A DNA stretch of 64,000 nt. Source: an uncultured Acidobacteriota bacterium. Lineage in GTDB: Bacteria > Acidobacteriota > UBA6911. Below the pieces are notes generated by a model. It did not search any database. It had not been told where the DNA came from and worked only from the letters and a program-made list of their open reading frames with translations. This document shows positions 43,648 through 53,443 of the stretch, one piece after another. How positions within the stretch are numbered: the stretch's first letter is position 1; each line of letters begins with the position of its first letter. The position numbers and the translations under genes are program-made. The stretch lies in the NCBI GenBank assembly GCA_963843575.1, contig CAWJKZ010000014.1, positions 384,001 through 448,000 on the forward strand, given 5' to 3'.

Positions 43648-44427
43648 ATGAGAGTGCTGTTTGTCGGGGACGTGTTCGGCAAAGCCGGACGGCGCATCGT
43701 GATCGAGAGTCTGCACGGCCTGATACACGAGCGCCAGATCGACTACTGCATCGCCAACGTTGAAAATGCCGCGGGCGGTTTCGGGATCACGCCGGAAATA
43801 GCCGACGAGATGCTGCGGTGCGAAATCGACCTGCTCACCTCGGGCAACCACATCTGGGACAAGCGGGCGATCATCCCATACCTTGCGGAGCAGCCCCGAC
43901 TGCTCCGCCCCCAGAACTACCCCGCCTCGGTTCCCGGCACGGGTGTCCACATCGGCCACACGGCCTCCGGGGTGCAGCTGGGGGTGCTCAACCTGCAGGG
44001 GCGCGTCTTCATGCCGACCCTAGATTGCCCATTCGCCGCGGGGGAGTCGGCTGTCGCTTACATCCGCAAGCAGACCCCGATTATCCTCGTCGATTTTCAC
44101 GGTGAGGCCAGCTCTGAGAAGCAGGCCTTCGCATGGTACATGGACGGGCGCGTCACAGCGGTGGTGGGGACCCACACCCACGTGCAGACCGCCGACGAGC
44201 GCATCCTGCCCAGGGGGACGGCGTTCATCACAGATCTGGGAATGACCGGGCCTTACGACTCGGTGATCGGCTCGGTGCCCGACCTCGCGCTGCAACGTTT
44301 CCTGACAGGGATACCGGTGCGGCTCGAACCAGCCTCGGGCAACCCGAGGCTCTGCGGCGTCATCATCGACGTCGATGATGAAACCGGCCGGGCCCGATCG
44401 ATCGTGCGGGTCAACCAGCACGGATGA
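43648..44427 (+). CDS. ymdB: YmdB-like (TIGR00282) metallophosphoesterase
   Basis: GDVFG, NVENAAGG, TSGNHIWD, VDFHGEASSEK, GTHTHVQTAD and TDLGMTG motifs. Confidence 0.93.
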   Translation: MRVLFVGDVFGKAGRRIVIESLHGLIHERQIDYCIANVENAAGGFGITPEIADEMLRCEIDLLTSGNHIWDKRAIIPYLAEQPRLLRPQNYPASVPGTGVHIGHTASGVQLGVLNLQGRVFMPTLDCPFAAGESAVAYIRKQTPIILVDFHGEASSEKQAFAWYMDGRVTAVVGTHTHVQTADERILPRGTAFITDLGMTGPYDSVIGSVPDLALQRFLTGIPVRLEPASGNPRLCGVIIDVDDETGRARSIVRVNQHG

Positions 44428-44440
44428 ACCCCGCAGCCGG

Positions 44441-44755
44441 TCAGCGCAGGAAACGGTCCAGCATCGACACGCACTCCAGGGAGCGACGGCTGAGCGACTC
44501 GTCCATCTGACGCAGCTGTTCGCGCGCCCGCCGCAGGTCGTCGGCGAGGCTCAGGGCGGAGAGGATGGCGACCTTGACGGTGTCGACCGATCCCGACTCG
44601 TCCGAGATCTCGCGCATGAGGCGGTCCAGCGCGTCGCACAGCGCCTTCAGCCGTTCGGGATCGCCGCTTGTCCGAAGGGAGTAATCCCGATCGTAGATCT
44701 TGACGTGCACCACGTCGGGCTGGGAATCGCTCACTGCGGGCCTCCGCGCTGACAT
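44441..44755 (-). CDS. zapA: Cell division protein ZapA
   Basis: VKIYDRDYSL..KVAILSALSLAD pattern; pheT-zapB-zapA synteny. Confidence 0.85.
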   Translation of the reverse strand: MSARRPAVSDSQPDVVHVKIYDRDYSLRTSGDPERLKALCDALDRLMREISDESGSVDTVKVAILSALSLADDLRRAREQLRQMDESLSRRSLECVSMLDRFLR

Positions 44756-44766
44756 GCGGACGGGGA

Positions 44767-45045
44767 TTACTTCATCTCCAGCGTAGCCAGGAGGTTCAAC
44801 GCCTTTTCCACCCTGTCCCTCAGTTCTTCCCGCTCCTTCTGCAGATGGGACAGGTTCTCACTGGCGGCGGTTTCCTGCTCGTGCAGGGCCTCGACCTCGC
44901 TCTTGAGCCGGCTGTTTTCCACGCGAAGCGTTTCGTTCTCCTTGCGGATCGTCTTGAAGGCTTCCACTACGCGGAAGATCTTGTCTTCCAGGTGGCTGAA
45001 CCGCTCCAGGCCCGCAGGCTCCCACTGGGCTTTTGTTTCGATCAT
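44767..45045 (-). CDS. zapB: ZapB-like coiled-coil protein
   Basis: LEDKI..LRVEN..EREELRDRVE coiled coil, between pheT and zapA. Confidence 0.7.
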   Translation of the reverse strand: MIETKAQWEPAGLERFSHLEDKIFRVVEAFKTIRKENETLRVENSRLKSEVEALHEQETAASENLSHLQKEREELRDRVEKALNLLATLEMK

Positions 45046-45051
45046 ATCTGC

Positions 45052-47100
45052 CTATCTGAGTACTGCGCCGTACGTATGACGGAGAAAGGTTAAGAGATTA
45101 TCGCTGAAGCCCTGAACCCGGTCAACGGTCAGGGTCCTCTCACGATCCAAAAACGTGAAACGAAGGGTCAGGCTTATCTTGTGCGGGGGGATTTTCTCGC
45201 CCTCGTAGACATCGACCAGGTCCAATGCGGCCAGTTCAGGTATCCCCAACCCTTTGACCCCCTCGCGGATGGACCCGTAGGTGACGTCGCGGCCGACCAT
45301 AACGGACATGTCGCGCTCGACCGACGGATACCTGGGCAGAGGCTCATACCGCACGGGCCGGGAAACGAGCCCGGATAGCTCTTCGAAGTCGAGTTCGGCG
45401 ACGTAAACCGCCTGTTTCAGCTTGTATTCCTCCGCGACGGTCGGGTGCAGCGCCCCGAGCACCCCTACCCGCTTCCCGTCCACCCGCACCGCCGAAGCGT
45501 CCGCAGGGCACAGCCATGGAACTTCCTGCGCGGGCACGACATCGACCGGCCCGCTCCGCATGCCGCAGAGGAGGCCGGAGACCACCCCTTTCAGATGGAA
45601 ATAGTCATAGCTCGTGGCCTGGTGATGCCAGTTGTGGCCGGCAAAACCGCCTGTCCCGAGGATCCCGACGGCAACCCGTTCGACGGGGCGCCCATCCTCG
45701 CTGGTGTGATACACCTTGCCGATCTCGAACAGCCGGATTTCGGTAGTGCCGTGATTGAAGTTCCTGCGAGCCGACCGGACGAGACCTGCAGTCAGGTTGG
45801 TCCGCATGTAGCGCGTGTCTTCCGTGAGCGGGTTGCGGATCTCCAGGCGGGCCCCCGCTCGCGGCGGGAAGAGTCGCTCATCTTCGGGCCCGGCGAAGCT
45901 CAGGTTGACCGCCTCGCAATACCCGAAACCGCGAAGGAGCTGCCGCGCGGCACTCTGCTGGTGGTATACGGGCGAAGGCACCCCGGCGCCCTTGCTGGGC
46001 AGCGCAGTCGTCGGGATGTTCTGGTAGCCGTAGAACCGCGCGACCTCCTCGATGAGGTCAGCTTCGAGCTCCATGTCTGCGCGAAAGCTGGGGCACGTCA
46101 CCCGCCAGGCTCCCTCCCCGACGCGCTCGAGAGTGAACTCGAGCCGCGACAGGGTCTGCTCGATGCCGGCGTCGGTCAGCCCGACTCCAAGAAGCCTCTC
46201 GGCCCGGGAACGCTGCAGGTCGATCCGGACCGGCTCTATCCTGCGGGGATAGGCGTCCTTGAGGCTGGCCGCCACCTGCCCTCCGGCCAGTTCCTGCACC
46301 AGACGGCCCGTCCGCGCGGCCGCCTCGACCGCGTCGTCCCAGTCCGCGCCCCGTTCGAACCGATAGCTCGCTTCAGTCGACAGCCCGAGTTTCTTGGATG
46401 TACGGCGCACCGAGGCGGGCAGGAAGTAGGCGCACTCGATGAGGATGGTGCGGGTGCGTTCCGAGATCTCGGACTCGAGCCCGCCCATGACCCCGGCGAT
46501 CGCCACCGGGCCTACCGCGTCGTTGATGAGCAGCATCTGCCCATCCAACTCCCGGGTCAGCCCGTCGAGCGTGCGCATGGCCTGGCCGTCCGCAGCCCGC
46601 GACACCACTATCCTGCCGCCGCGCAGGCGCCCGAAGTCAAAGGCGTGCAGCGGGTGTCCCATCTCGAGCAGCACGTAGTTGGTGATGTCGACGATATTGT
46701 TGAGCGGCCTCATCCCCGCGGCCTCGAGGCGACGCTGCATCCATGGGGGAGAAGGTGCGACCCGGATCCCGTCCATCACCAGCCCGACGTACCGCGGGCA
46801 CAGCTCCGCGTCCCGAATCTCGATGTCATACGCGACGCGGTCCCGCACCGGTGACAGCTCCCGGCAAGTCTCCGGCTTGCGGAGCCGCGCCCCGTAAAGC
46901 GCCGCGATCTCCCGCGCCACCCCGATGTGGCTGAGGCAGTCGGGGCGGTTGGAGGTCACCTCGAGTTCCAGGACCGGAGCGCCTTCCGGGTCGAGCACCC
47001 CCTCGACGACGAGCCCGGCCATCGTGAGGTCGTGCTTGAGCTGTCCCAGGTCGGCCGGGACATCCACGTAATCCTTCAACCACTCGACGCTGATTCGCAT
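45052..47100 (-). CDS. pheT: Phenylalanyl-tRNA synthetase beta subunit (lacks the B2 OB-fold)
   Basis: NRPDCLSHIGVARE, VDITNYV, RFERG, DLIEEVAR and FDX-ACB RYPSVERD motifs. Confidence 0.96.
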   Translation of the reverse strand: MRISVEWLKDYVDVPADLGQLKHDLTMAGLVVEGVLDPEGAPVLELEVTSNRPDCLSHIGVAREIAALYGARLRKPETCRELSPVRDRVAYDIEIRDAELCPRYVGLVMDGIRVAPSPPWMQRRLEAAGMRPLNNIVDITNYVLLEMGHPLHAFDFGRLRGGRIVVSRAADGQAMRTLDGLTRELDGQMLLINDAVGPVAIAGVMGGLESEISERTRTILIECAYFLPASVRRTSKKLGLSTEASYRFERGADWDDAVEAAARTGRLVQELAGGQVAASLKDAYPRRIEPVRIDLQRSRAERLLGVGLTDAGIEQTLSRLEFTLERVGEGAWRVTCPSFRADMELEADLIEEVARFYGYQNIPTTALPSKGAGVPSPVYHQQSAARQLLRGFGYCEAVNLSFAGPEDERLFPPRAGARLEIRNPLTEDTRYMRTNLTAGLVRSARRNFNHGTTEIRLFEIGKVYHTSEDGRPVERVAVGILGTGGFAGHNWHHQATSYDYFHLKGVVSGLLCGMRSGPVDVVPAQEVPWLCPADASAVRVDGKRVGVLGALHPTVAEEYKLKQAVYVAELDFEELSGLVSRPVRYEPLPRYPSVERDMSVMVGRDVTYGSIREGVKGLGIPELAALDLVDVYEGEKIPPHKISLTLRFTFLDRERTLTVDRVQGFSDNLLTFLRHTYGAVLR

Positions 47101-47112
47101 AGTGCCGTTCCT

Positions 47113-48129
47113 CTAGAATTGGGTCAGGAACCGGAGGTCGTTCTCGAAGAACAGGCGGATATCCTCGACCCCGTACTTCAGGATGGCGACCCGGTCGATG
47201 CCCATCCCCCAGGCAAATCCCGTGTAGACGGAGTCGTCGACGCCCGACATGCGCAGGACCTTGGGGTGCACCATGCCCGCTCCGAGAATCTCGATCCAGC
47301 CGCTCTGTTTGCAGATTCGGCAGCCTGCGCCGAAGCAGAAGATGCAGCTGATGTCGACCTCGGCCCCGGGCTCGACAAACGGGAAGAAGCCTGGCCGGAG
47401 CCGCATCCGGATGTCGGGGTGGAAGAGCTGTTTGAGGAAGGTTTCGAGGGTACCCTTGAGGTCCCCCATGGTGATCCCCTTGTCCACGGCGAGCACGTCG
47501 AGCTGGTTGAACATCGGGGAGTGCGTGGCGTCGAACGGGTCGCGCCGGTACACCTTCCCCGTGTGCGCGGCCCGGACGGGCGGCTTCATCGCCTCCATGG
47601 AGTGCACCTGCACCGTCGAGCAGTGGGTGCGCAGCAGCGTCACGTCGTCGAAGTAGAACGTGTCCTGTGCGTCGCGGGCCGGGTGATGGGGCGGCATGTT
47701 CAAAGCTTCGAAGTTGTAGTAGTCGTGCTCGATCTCCGGCACGTCGAAGATCCGGAACCCCATCGCGACAAAGACCTGCTCGATGTCGTTCTGCAGCTTC
47801 CTGATGGGGTGTTCCTTCCCCAGGGCATACGGGAAGCCGGGCCGCGTCACGTCGACGTGGGATCCCTCGGCGAGCCGCTCGGCCTGACGGACCAGGGCGC
47901 GCTGCTCCTCCAGGCGTTGTTCCGCCGCGGCGCGGAATTCGTTCATCGCCTGGCCGAAGACCGGCCGCTCCTCCCTGGGAAGTTCGCGCAGTCGCTTCAT
48001 CCCGGCCGTGATGATGCCGTTTTCCCGGGACAGCCACCTGTCGCGCACGGCCTTCCACTCGTCGGCGGTGGTGATCCGCGACAGGTCGTTTTCGAACTCC
48101 CGGCGCATCTGCGCAATTCCCTCGCTCAT
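47113..48129 (-). CDS. pheS: Phenylalanyl-tRNA synthetase alpha subunit
   Basis: HPARDAQDTF, LLRTH, FPFVEP, EILGAGMVHP and GMGIDR motifs. Confidence 0.96.
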   Translation of the reverse strand: MSEGIAQMRREFENDLSRITTADEWKAVRDRWLSRENGIITAGMKRLRELPREERPVFGQAMNEFRAAAEQRLEEQRALVRQAERLAEGSHVDVTRPGFPYALGKEHPIRKLQNDIEQVFVAMGFRIFDVPEIEHDYYNFEALNMPPHHPARDAQDTFYFDDVTLLRTHCSTVQVHSMEAMKPPVRAAHTGKVYRRDPFDATHSPMFNQLDVLAVDKGITMGDLKGTLETFLKQLFHPDIRMRLRPGFFPFVEPGAEVDISCIFCFGAGCRICKQSGWIEILGAGMVHPKVLRMSGVDDSVYTGFAWGMGIDRVAILKYGVEDIRLFFENDLRFLTQF

Positions 48130-48195
48130 CGTCTCAACCTCGGTGTTGAACGTCAGGCGGCCCGGCGCCATCGACGGTTGCCGGCGCCCGCCGTC

Positions 48196-48229
48196 AAAAA
48201 AAACGCCCGGCGTTGCGGCACGCCGGGCG
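48196..48229 (-). terminator. Intrinsic terminator between rplT and pheS
   Basis: 10-bp stem cgcccggcgt/acgccgggcg followed by T8 on the minus strand. Confidence 0.85.
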
Positions 48230-48257
48230 CATCACAAAGTCGCTGGGTCGTGTCCTG

Positions 48258-48620
48258 TCAGGCAGCCGCCAGTGCAGCTTTCGCAGTTTCGGTGAGGCGG
48301 GTAAAAGTCTCCGGGTCCTGGGACGCGATCTCCGCGAGCACTTTGCGGTCGAGCTGAACGTTCGCCTTCTTCAGCCCGTTCATCAGCTTGCTGTACGAGA
48401 TGTCGTTCAGACGAGCGGCGGCGCCGACCCGGATGATGAAGAGGCTGCGGAAGTCCCGCTTCTTGTTGCGTCGGTCCCGATACGCGAACCTCAGTCCCCG
48501 GTCCACGGACTCCTTTGCGGACCGATGGAGCTTGCTCTTGGTGAGGCGGTAGCCCTTGGCAAGTGTCAATATCTTCTTGCGGCGCTGGACGCGCTTGTTT
48601 CCACGCTTTACTCTCGGCAT
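48258..48620 (-). CDS. rplT: 50S ribosomal protein L20
   Basis: [29 protein letters not shown]. Confidence 0.97.
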   Translation of the reverse strand: MPRVKRGNKRVQRRKKILTLAKGYRLTKSKLHRSAKESVDRGLRFAYRDRRNKKRDFRSLFIIRVGAAARLNDISYSKLMNGLKKANVQLDRKVLAEIASQDPETFTRLTETAKAALAAA

Positions 48621-48684
48621 TTCATTCGCTCCAGAATGGTGATGGCACCGGGCGCGGGGCCAAGCTCCGGGCGCCCGCGGGCAC

Positions 48685-48876
48685 TCAGATGTTCAACATT
48701 AACTTGACGCGGGCCTTGTCCGCCTTGCTCACCAGGTCCGACGAGACCAGGTGGCGCACGCGTTTGCGCGATTTCTTGGTCAGGATGTGCCGCGCGTGGC
48801 TGTGCCTGCGCATGATCTTGCCCGTTCCGGTGACCTTGAACCGCTTGGCCGCACTCTTGTTCGTCTTCCGCTTCAT
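48685..48876 (-). CDS. rpmI: 50S ribosomal protein L35
   Basis: [27 protein letters not shown]. Confidence 0.96.
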   Translation of the reverse strand: MKRKTNKSAAKRFKVTGTGKIMRRHSHARHILTKKSRKRVRHLVSSDLVSKADKARVKLMLNI

Positions 48877-48878
48877 CG

Positions 48879-49421
48879 CTACTCCTTGGCGCTTCCTTGC
48901 ACCTTCTTGGGCATGAAGATCGTCACCAGCGCATACCCCTCCATCTTGGGGGGGCGCTCCAGCTCGGAGACATCCTTCAGCTCTTCCACCAACCGGTCCA
49001 TCAGCCTCCGCCCGATCTCCTGGTGCGTCATTTCCCTGCCCCGGAAAACGACCGTCGCCTTGGCCTTGTTCCCTTCGCTCAAAAACCGCGCGATGTTGTT
49101 CTTCTTGAACTGGAAATCGTGCTCCTCCGTCTTGGGGCGGAACTTGATTTCCTTGAGCACCACCTGCTTCTGGTGCTTCTTTGCCTCATGCGCCCTCTTG
49201 CTCTTCTGGTACTGGAATTTGCCGTAATTCATGATGCGGCAAACCGGAGGGTTGGCACTCGGGGCCACCTCGACAAGATCCAAGTCGCGCTGCTGGGCTA
49301 TAGCCAGGGCCTGCTCCGGAGTCATGATGCCAAGCTGCCCCGCGTCTTCATCGACTACCCGGACCTCTTTCGCCCGGATCATTTCGTTCACGCGAACCCG
49401 TACTTGCTTTGTCGTGGTGAT
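48879..49421 (-). CDS. infC: Translation initiation factor IF-3 (ATC start)
   Basis: [21 protein letters not shown] and KEIKFRP motifs; AAGGAGGT lies 5 nt before an in-frame ATC at 49421. Confidence 0.95.
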   Translation of the reverse strand: MTTTKQVRVRVNEMIRAKEVRVVDEDAGQLGIMTPEQALAIAQQRDLDLVEVAPSANPPVCRIMNYGKFQYQKSKRAHEAKKHQKQVVLKEIKFRPKTEEHDFQFKKNNIARFLSEGNKAKATVVFRGREMTHQEIGRRLMDRLVEELKDVSELERPPKMEGYALVTIFMPKKVQGSAKE

Positions 49422-49463
49422 AGGCGACCTCCTTGAGGCAAAAAAGGTGAAGCGTTCCGGCAC

Positions 49464-51260
49464 CTACGGCCGGACTGCCCTCGCTTCGACGAATCCCCTT
49501 ATCTTTGTAATGAAGTCCTCCAGGTCTTGGGCCCCCTCGTCGCCCTGGAAGCGGTTGCGCACCGACACGTGTCCGGATTGGGCCTCCTTGTCGCCGACCA
49601 CGAGCATATAGGGCACCTTGGTCGTCTGGGCCTCCCGGATCTTGTATCCCATCTTTTCGTTTCTGTCGTCCACGTCCGCGCGCAGTCCGGCCGCGGACAA
49701 ACGCGCCAGAACCTGCCGGGCGTATCCGTGGTGGCGCTCGGAGATCGGGATGACCACTACCTGCACGGGGGCAAGCCAGATCGGGAACGCCCCCGCGTAG
49801 TGCTCGATCAACACTCCCATGAAGCGCTCGACGGATCCCAGCAGCGCCCGGTGCAGCATCACCGGCTGGTGCGGCTGCCCGTCGGGGCCGACGAAGGTAA
49901 GATCGAATCGCTTCGGCAGGGTGAAGTCAAACTGCACGGTGGAGAGCTGCCAGGGTCGGCCGATCGCGTCGATGAGCTTGACGTCGATCTTCGGCCCGTA
50001 GAAGACGGCCTCGCCTTCCATCCGTGTCCATTCCATGCCCTTGGCCTTCATGGCCTCGACCAGGGCACCCTCGGCCATCTCCCAGTCCTGCTCCGTCCCG
50101 GCGTAGTTCTCCTTCCGGGCCGAATCGCGGACCGAAAGCTCGACCTTGTACTGGTCGAACCCAAAGCTCTTCATCACAAACAGCACGAGGTCGAGCAGGC
50201 TCGATATCTCGTCGTACACTTGCTCGCGGGTGCAGAAAAGATGTGCGTCGTCCTGCGTAAATCCGCGCACCCGGAGCATGCCGTGCAGCACCCCGCTCTT
50301 TTCGAAGCGGTACACCGTGCCGAACTCGGCGTAACGCACGGGCAGATCCCGGTAGCTGCGCATCCTCGACTTGTAGATCTGGATGTGCCCGGGGCAGTTC
50401 ATCGGCTTGATCACGAACTCTTCGTCTTCGATGTTGAAGACATACATGTTCTCCCGGTAGTAGTCGTAGTGTCCGGAAGTTTTCCAGAGCGTGTTGCGGG
50501 CCACATGGGGGGTCGTGACGAACTCGTATCCGTGTCGCAACAGCTCCTTGCGCAGGAAATCCTCGATCTCCAGCCGTATCCTCGTCCCCTTCGGATGCCA
50601 GAAGATGAGCCCAGGGCCAGCCTCCTCGGAGATGCTGAACAGGTCCAACTCCCGCCCGAGCTTGCGGTGATCGCGCTTGCGGGCTTCTTCCAGCTGGAGC
50701 ATGTGGGCGCTCAGGGCCTCGGGCGTGAGGAACGCGGTGCCATAGATCCTTTGCAGCCTCTCGCGGTGCTCGTCGCCGCGCCAGTAGGACCCGGCAATGC
50801 TGAGGAGACGAAACGTCGACGGATCGATGTCGCCCGTGGAGACCACGTGCGGCCCCGTGCAGAAGTCCACGAGGTCGCCGAGTCTGTAACACGACAGCGT
50901 TTGTCCCGCCTTCTCCCTGATGAGCTCTACCTTCAGGTGTTCTCCGCTCTCGGAGAAGAGCCTGACCGCCTCTTCCTTGGAGACGATCGAGGGCTGATAC
51001 TCTAGGTTGCGGGCAGCCAGCTCACGCATCCGCTGCTCGATCCGGGCGAGATCTTCCTCGACGAATCCCTCCGGCCTTTCGAAGTCGTAGTAGAACCCGT
51101 CGCTTATGGCGGGACCTATACCGAGGTGAGTTCCGGGGAACAGGCTGTTGACCGCCGCCGCCATCAGGTGAGACGTGCTGTGGCGGTAGACTTCCAGGGC
51201 TTCGCCCGGATTCTCGATCTCTTCAACTCTGCCGTCTGCGTATCTGACTTTAAGCGCCAT
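49464..51260 (-). CDS. thrS: Threonyl-tRNA synthetase (short N-terminus)
   Basis: RHSTSHLMA, FCTGPHV, RDHRKLG, KPMNCPGH, RVRGFTQDDAH and AVFYGPKID motifs. Confidence 0.97.
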   Translation of the reverse strand: MALKVRYADGRVEEIENPGEALEVYRHSTSHLMAAAVNSLFPGTHLGIGPAISDGFYYDFERPEGFVEEDLARIEQRMRELAARNLEYQPSIVSKEEAVRLFSESGEHLKVELIREKAGQTLSCYRLGDLVDFCTGPHVVSTGDIDPSTFRLLSIAGSYWRGDEHRERLQRIYGTAFLTPEALSAHMLQLEEARKRDHRKLGRELDLFSISEEAGPGLIFWHPKGTRIRLEIEDFLRKELLRHGYEFVTTPHVARNTLWKTSGHYDYYRENMYVFNIEDEEFVIKPMNCPGHIQIYKSRMRSYRDLPVRYAEFGTVYRFEKSGVLHGMLRVRGFTQDDAHLFCTREQVYDEISSLLDLVLFVMKSFGFDQYKVELSVRDSARKENYAGTEQDWEMAEGALVEAMKAKGMEWTRMEGEAVFYGPKIDVKLIDAIGRPWQLSTVQFDFTLPKRFDLTFVGPDGQPHQPVMLHRALLGSVERFMGVLIEHYAGAFPIWLAPVQVVVIPISERHHGYARQVLARLSAAGLRADVDDRNEKMGYKIREAQTTKVPYMLVVGDKEAQSGHVSVRNRFQGDEGAQDLEDFITKIRGFVEARAVRP

Positions 51261-51415
51261 GGTTAACTGAGCCGTATCCAGCCTCTCCCTCGAGTCCAGT
51301 TTGCCGGCATCCCCGGTCATCAAAATGTGAACGAAGCGGTTGAATAAGAATGGGTCGTTGCGGCGGAGTTCATCGAGATCGATCCCGGACTTTCCAAGCA
51401 CACGATGCAGCGAAT

Positions 51416-51490
51416 TGGTAGGCGCGAGCGGATTTGAACCGCTGACCCCTTCCGCGTCAAGGAAGTGCTCTCCCCCTGAGCTACGCGCCT
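51416..51490 (-). tRNA. tRNA-Val (GAC)
   Basis: AGGCGCGTAGCTCAG..CTTCC-TTGACGC-GGAAG..GGTTCAAATCC..CGCGCCTACCA cloverleaf with encoded CCA. Confidence 0.97.
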
Positions 51491-51557
51491 AAAAAATAAG
51501 AGGTTAAACCTACCAGAAACGATAAAACAGTGTCAATACAATTGCGCCGCAACGCCG

Positions 51558-52814
51558 CTAGGCGGCGCGCTTTGCCGGGACTTGACCTTTCGAGAGGGCC
51601 TCGAGGGCCTTATCGAGTTGTTCCTTCCTGATCTTGTCCTGCAGGGCGCGGTACTTCAGCAGGTCGTCCTGGTCGTCGTAGTAGGCTTCGACCATCAGAT
51701 CCTGCCGCCGTTCGTCGTCCGGGGCCTGCACGTCCGGCTTGATGCCGGTGTTGCGAACCGCCTCGTCCTGGATCATCTTGCCGCCGGGAGTGTAGTACTT
51801 CGCCGTCGATAGGATGAGCAGAGCGCCGCTCTTGAGCGCGATCTGCTTCTGAGAGGAGCCGACGCCAAAAGACTTCTCCCCGATCACCAGCGCACGCTTC
51901 TGGTCCTTCAGGGCGCCGGCGACGATTTCGGCCGCACCGGCCGTCGAGCCGTTGATGAGGACCGCCATGGGCTCGTCGGTGAGGCTCTTGTCGGGCTGTG
52001 CGCCGACTTCCTGCACCCTCTCCCCGTGTTTGTTCTGGCTGTAATAAATGGTCCCGGTCTTCATGAACATGTTCGCCAGCTCGGCCCCGGCCGCGGTCTC
52101 GCCGTCGGCGCAGTCCCTCAGGTCTAGGATGAGCTTCTGGGAGCCGGCCGACACAAGCGTCTTGAGACGCACGCGGATCTGCTCGACCGAGTTGCCCACG
52201 AGCGAGGAGACCTGCAGCAGGCCGACGTGACCGTCGAGCATCTGCGAAGTCGCCTGTGGCGGCGTCTCCGACTTCCTCGTCACCTGGATGTCGATCGGCT
52301 TCGGCTGGGTGCTCCGGAAGACCGTCACCTTGGCGACCGAACCGGGCGCCCCTCGCAGCAGGCTCTCAACTTCGGGGATGCTCTTGTCTTCAACGCTCGC
52401 GTCGTCCAGCGCGACCAGATAATCCCCCGACCGGACGCCAGCGGCGTCGGCCGGGCCGTCGTGCTGCGTGGAAACCACATACAGCACATCGGCACGTTTG
52501 GAGACGATCATCCCCAGGCCGGCAGTGTTCCCTGCCTTGCGTTTTTCGAGCGCCTGCACCTGCTCCTTCGTCAGGAAGCTGCTGTACGGGTCGAGGGCAT
52601 CGATCAGGCCGCGGAAGGCCCCCTCCTGCACCTTGCTCATGTCCGGAGCCTCGACGTAGTCTTCATTGATCTTCTTGAGCGCATCCATGAAGACGGCCAG
52701 CTCCCGGTAGGCATCGTCTTTGGCGACCACCTTGCCGTAAAACGCCGCTGATATGCCGTACAACACGATCAGGGCAGATCCCAGAAAGACAAACAGTTTT
52801 CCCTTGTGGAGCAT
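51558..52814 (-). CDS. CtpA/Prc (S41A) family PDZ protein with both catalytic residues replaced
   Basis: LDPYSSFL, PDZ GLGM..GPADAAGVRSGD, LILDLR, TAKYYTPGG and GIKPDV motifs; TAGAAE replaces SASASE and SFGVG replaces TFGKG. Confidence 0.88.
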   Translation of the reverse strand: MLHKGKLFVFLGSALIVLYGISAAFYGKVVAKDDAYRELAVFMDALKKINEDYVEAPDMSKVQEGAFRGLIDALDPYSSFLTKEQVQALEKRKAGNTAGLGMIVSKRADVLYVVSTQHDGPADAAGVRSGDYLVALDDASVEDKSIPEVESLLRGAPGSVAKVTVFRSTQPKPIDIQVTRKSETPPQATSQMLDGHVGLLQVSSLVGNSVEQIRVRLKTLVSAGSQKLILDLRDCADGETAAGAELANMFMKTGTIYYSQNKHGERVQEVGAQPDKSLTDEPMAVLINGSTAGAAEIVAGALKDQKRALVIGEKSFGVGSSQKQIALKSGALLILSTAKYYTPGGKMIQDEAVRNTGIKPDVQAPDDERRQDLMVEAYYDDQDDLLKYRALQDKIRKEQLDKALEALSKGQVPAKRAA

Positions 52815-53020
52815 CACACCTCCGACTCTACCGCGCAGAAATTCCGCAAAATTATATCGAAAGGGCCCCGGAGGCGCAAATTTTTCAGTCCTGAAGATGA
52901 AAATCGGGCGCCGGATCCACGCGGAGGCCGGGCATCTTCCCGTGCGGCTGGCGCGCGGGCACGCGATCGTCACCCATGCCTCAAATTGACGGCCGCCGGG
53001 GGTTGTGTTCCAATGAAAGC

Positions 53021-53443
53021 ATGTCGACCGGACGGATCCTCGCACTGGATTACGGCACCCGGAACGTCGGGCTGGCCTGCTCCGACGAACTGGGCGTCAC
53101 AGTCCAACCGCTGCCATCGGTGCCCAACAACGGTAAAGGCTACCTGGTCGCCCGCTTGAGGGACGCTGTGCTACAACACGGGATCTCTCTTATCGTCATA
53201 GGCTTGCCCTGGAACATGGACGGGAGCGCAGGCGACGCCGTTGATCGGGTCCGCGGCTTCATGAAAACCTTGAGCGCCGAATTCGCCCTCCCCCTCGCCC
53301 CGGTGGATGAGCGGCTCACGACAGTCGAGGCGGCGGAACTCTGGAACCAGATGAGCTCCAGGCAGAAGCGGCGGTATCGCACGGTCGACTCGCTGGCGGC
53401 CGCCCTGATCCTCCAGCGATATCTCGAGGAGCCTCGACCGTGA
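53021..53443 (+). CDS. ruvX: YqgF/RuvX family nuclease
   Basis: ILALDYG, VIGLP.NMDG, VDERLTT and VDSLAAALILQ motifs. Confidence 0.93.
   Translation: MSTGRILALDYGTRNVGLACSDELGVTVQPLPSVPNNGKGYLVARLRDAVLQHGISLIVIGLPWNMDGSAGDAVDRVRGFMKTLSAEFALPLAPVDERLTTVEAAELWNQMSSRQKRRYRTVDSLAAALILQRYLEEPRP

Noticed and set aside
48130-48257. pheM-like attenuator upstream of pheS
   Set aside because: A terminator is present but I found no Phe-rich leader ORF; it is best read as the rplT terminator
51261-51415. N-terminal extension of thrS, T-box, or integration site at tRNA-Val
   Set aside because: The extension does not resemble ThrS; I saw no T-box or terminator, no duplicated tRNA 3' end and no integrase
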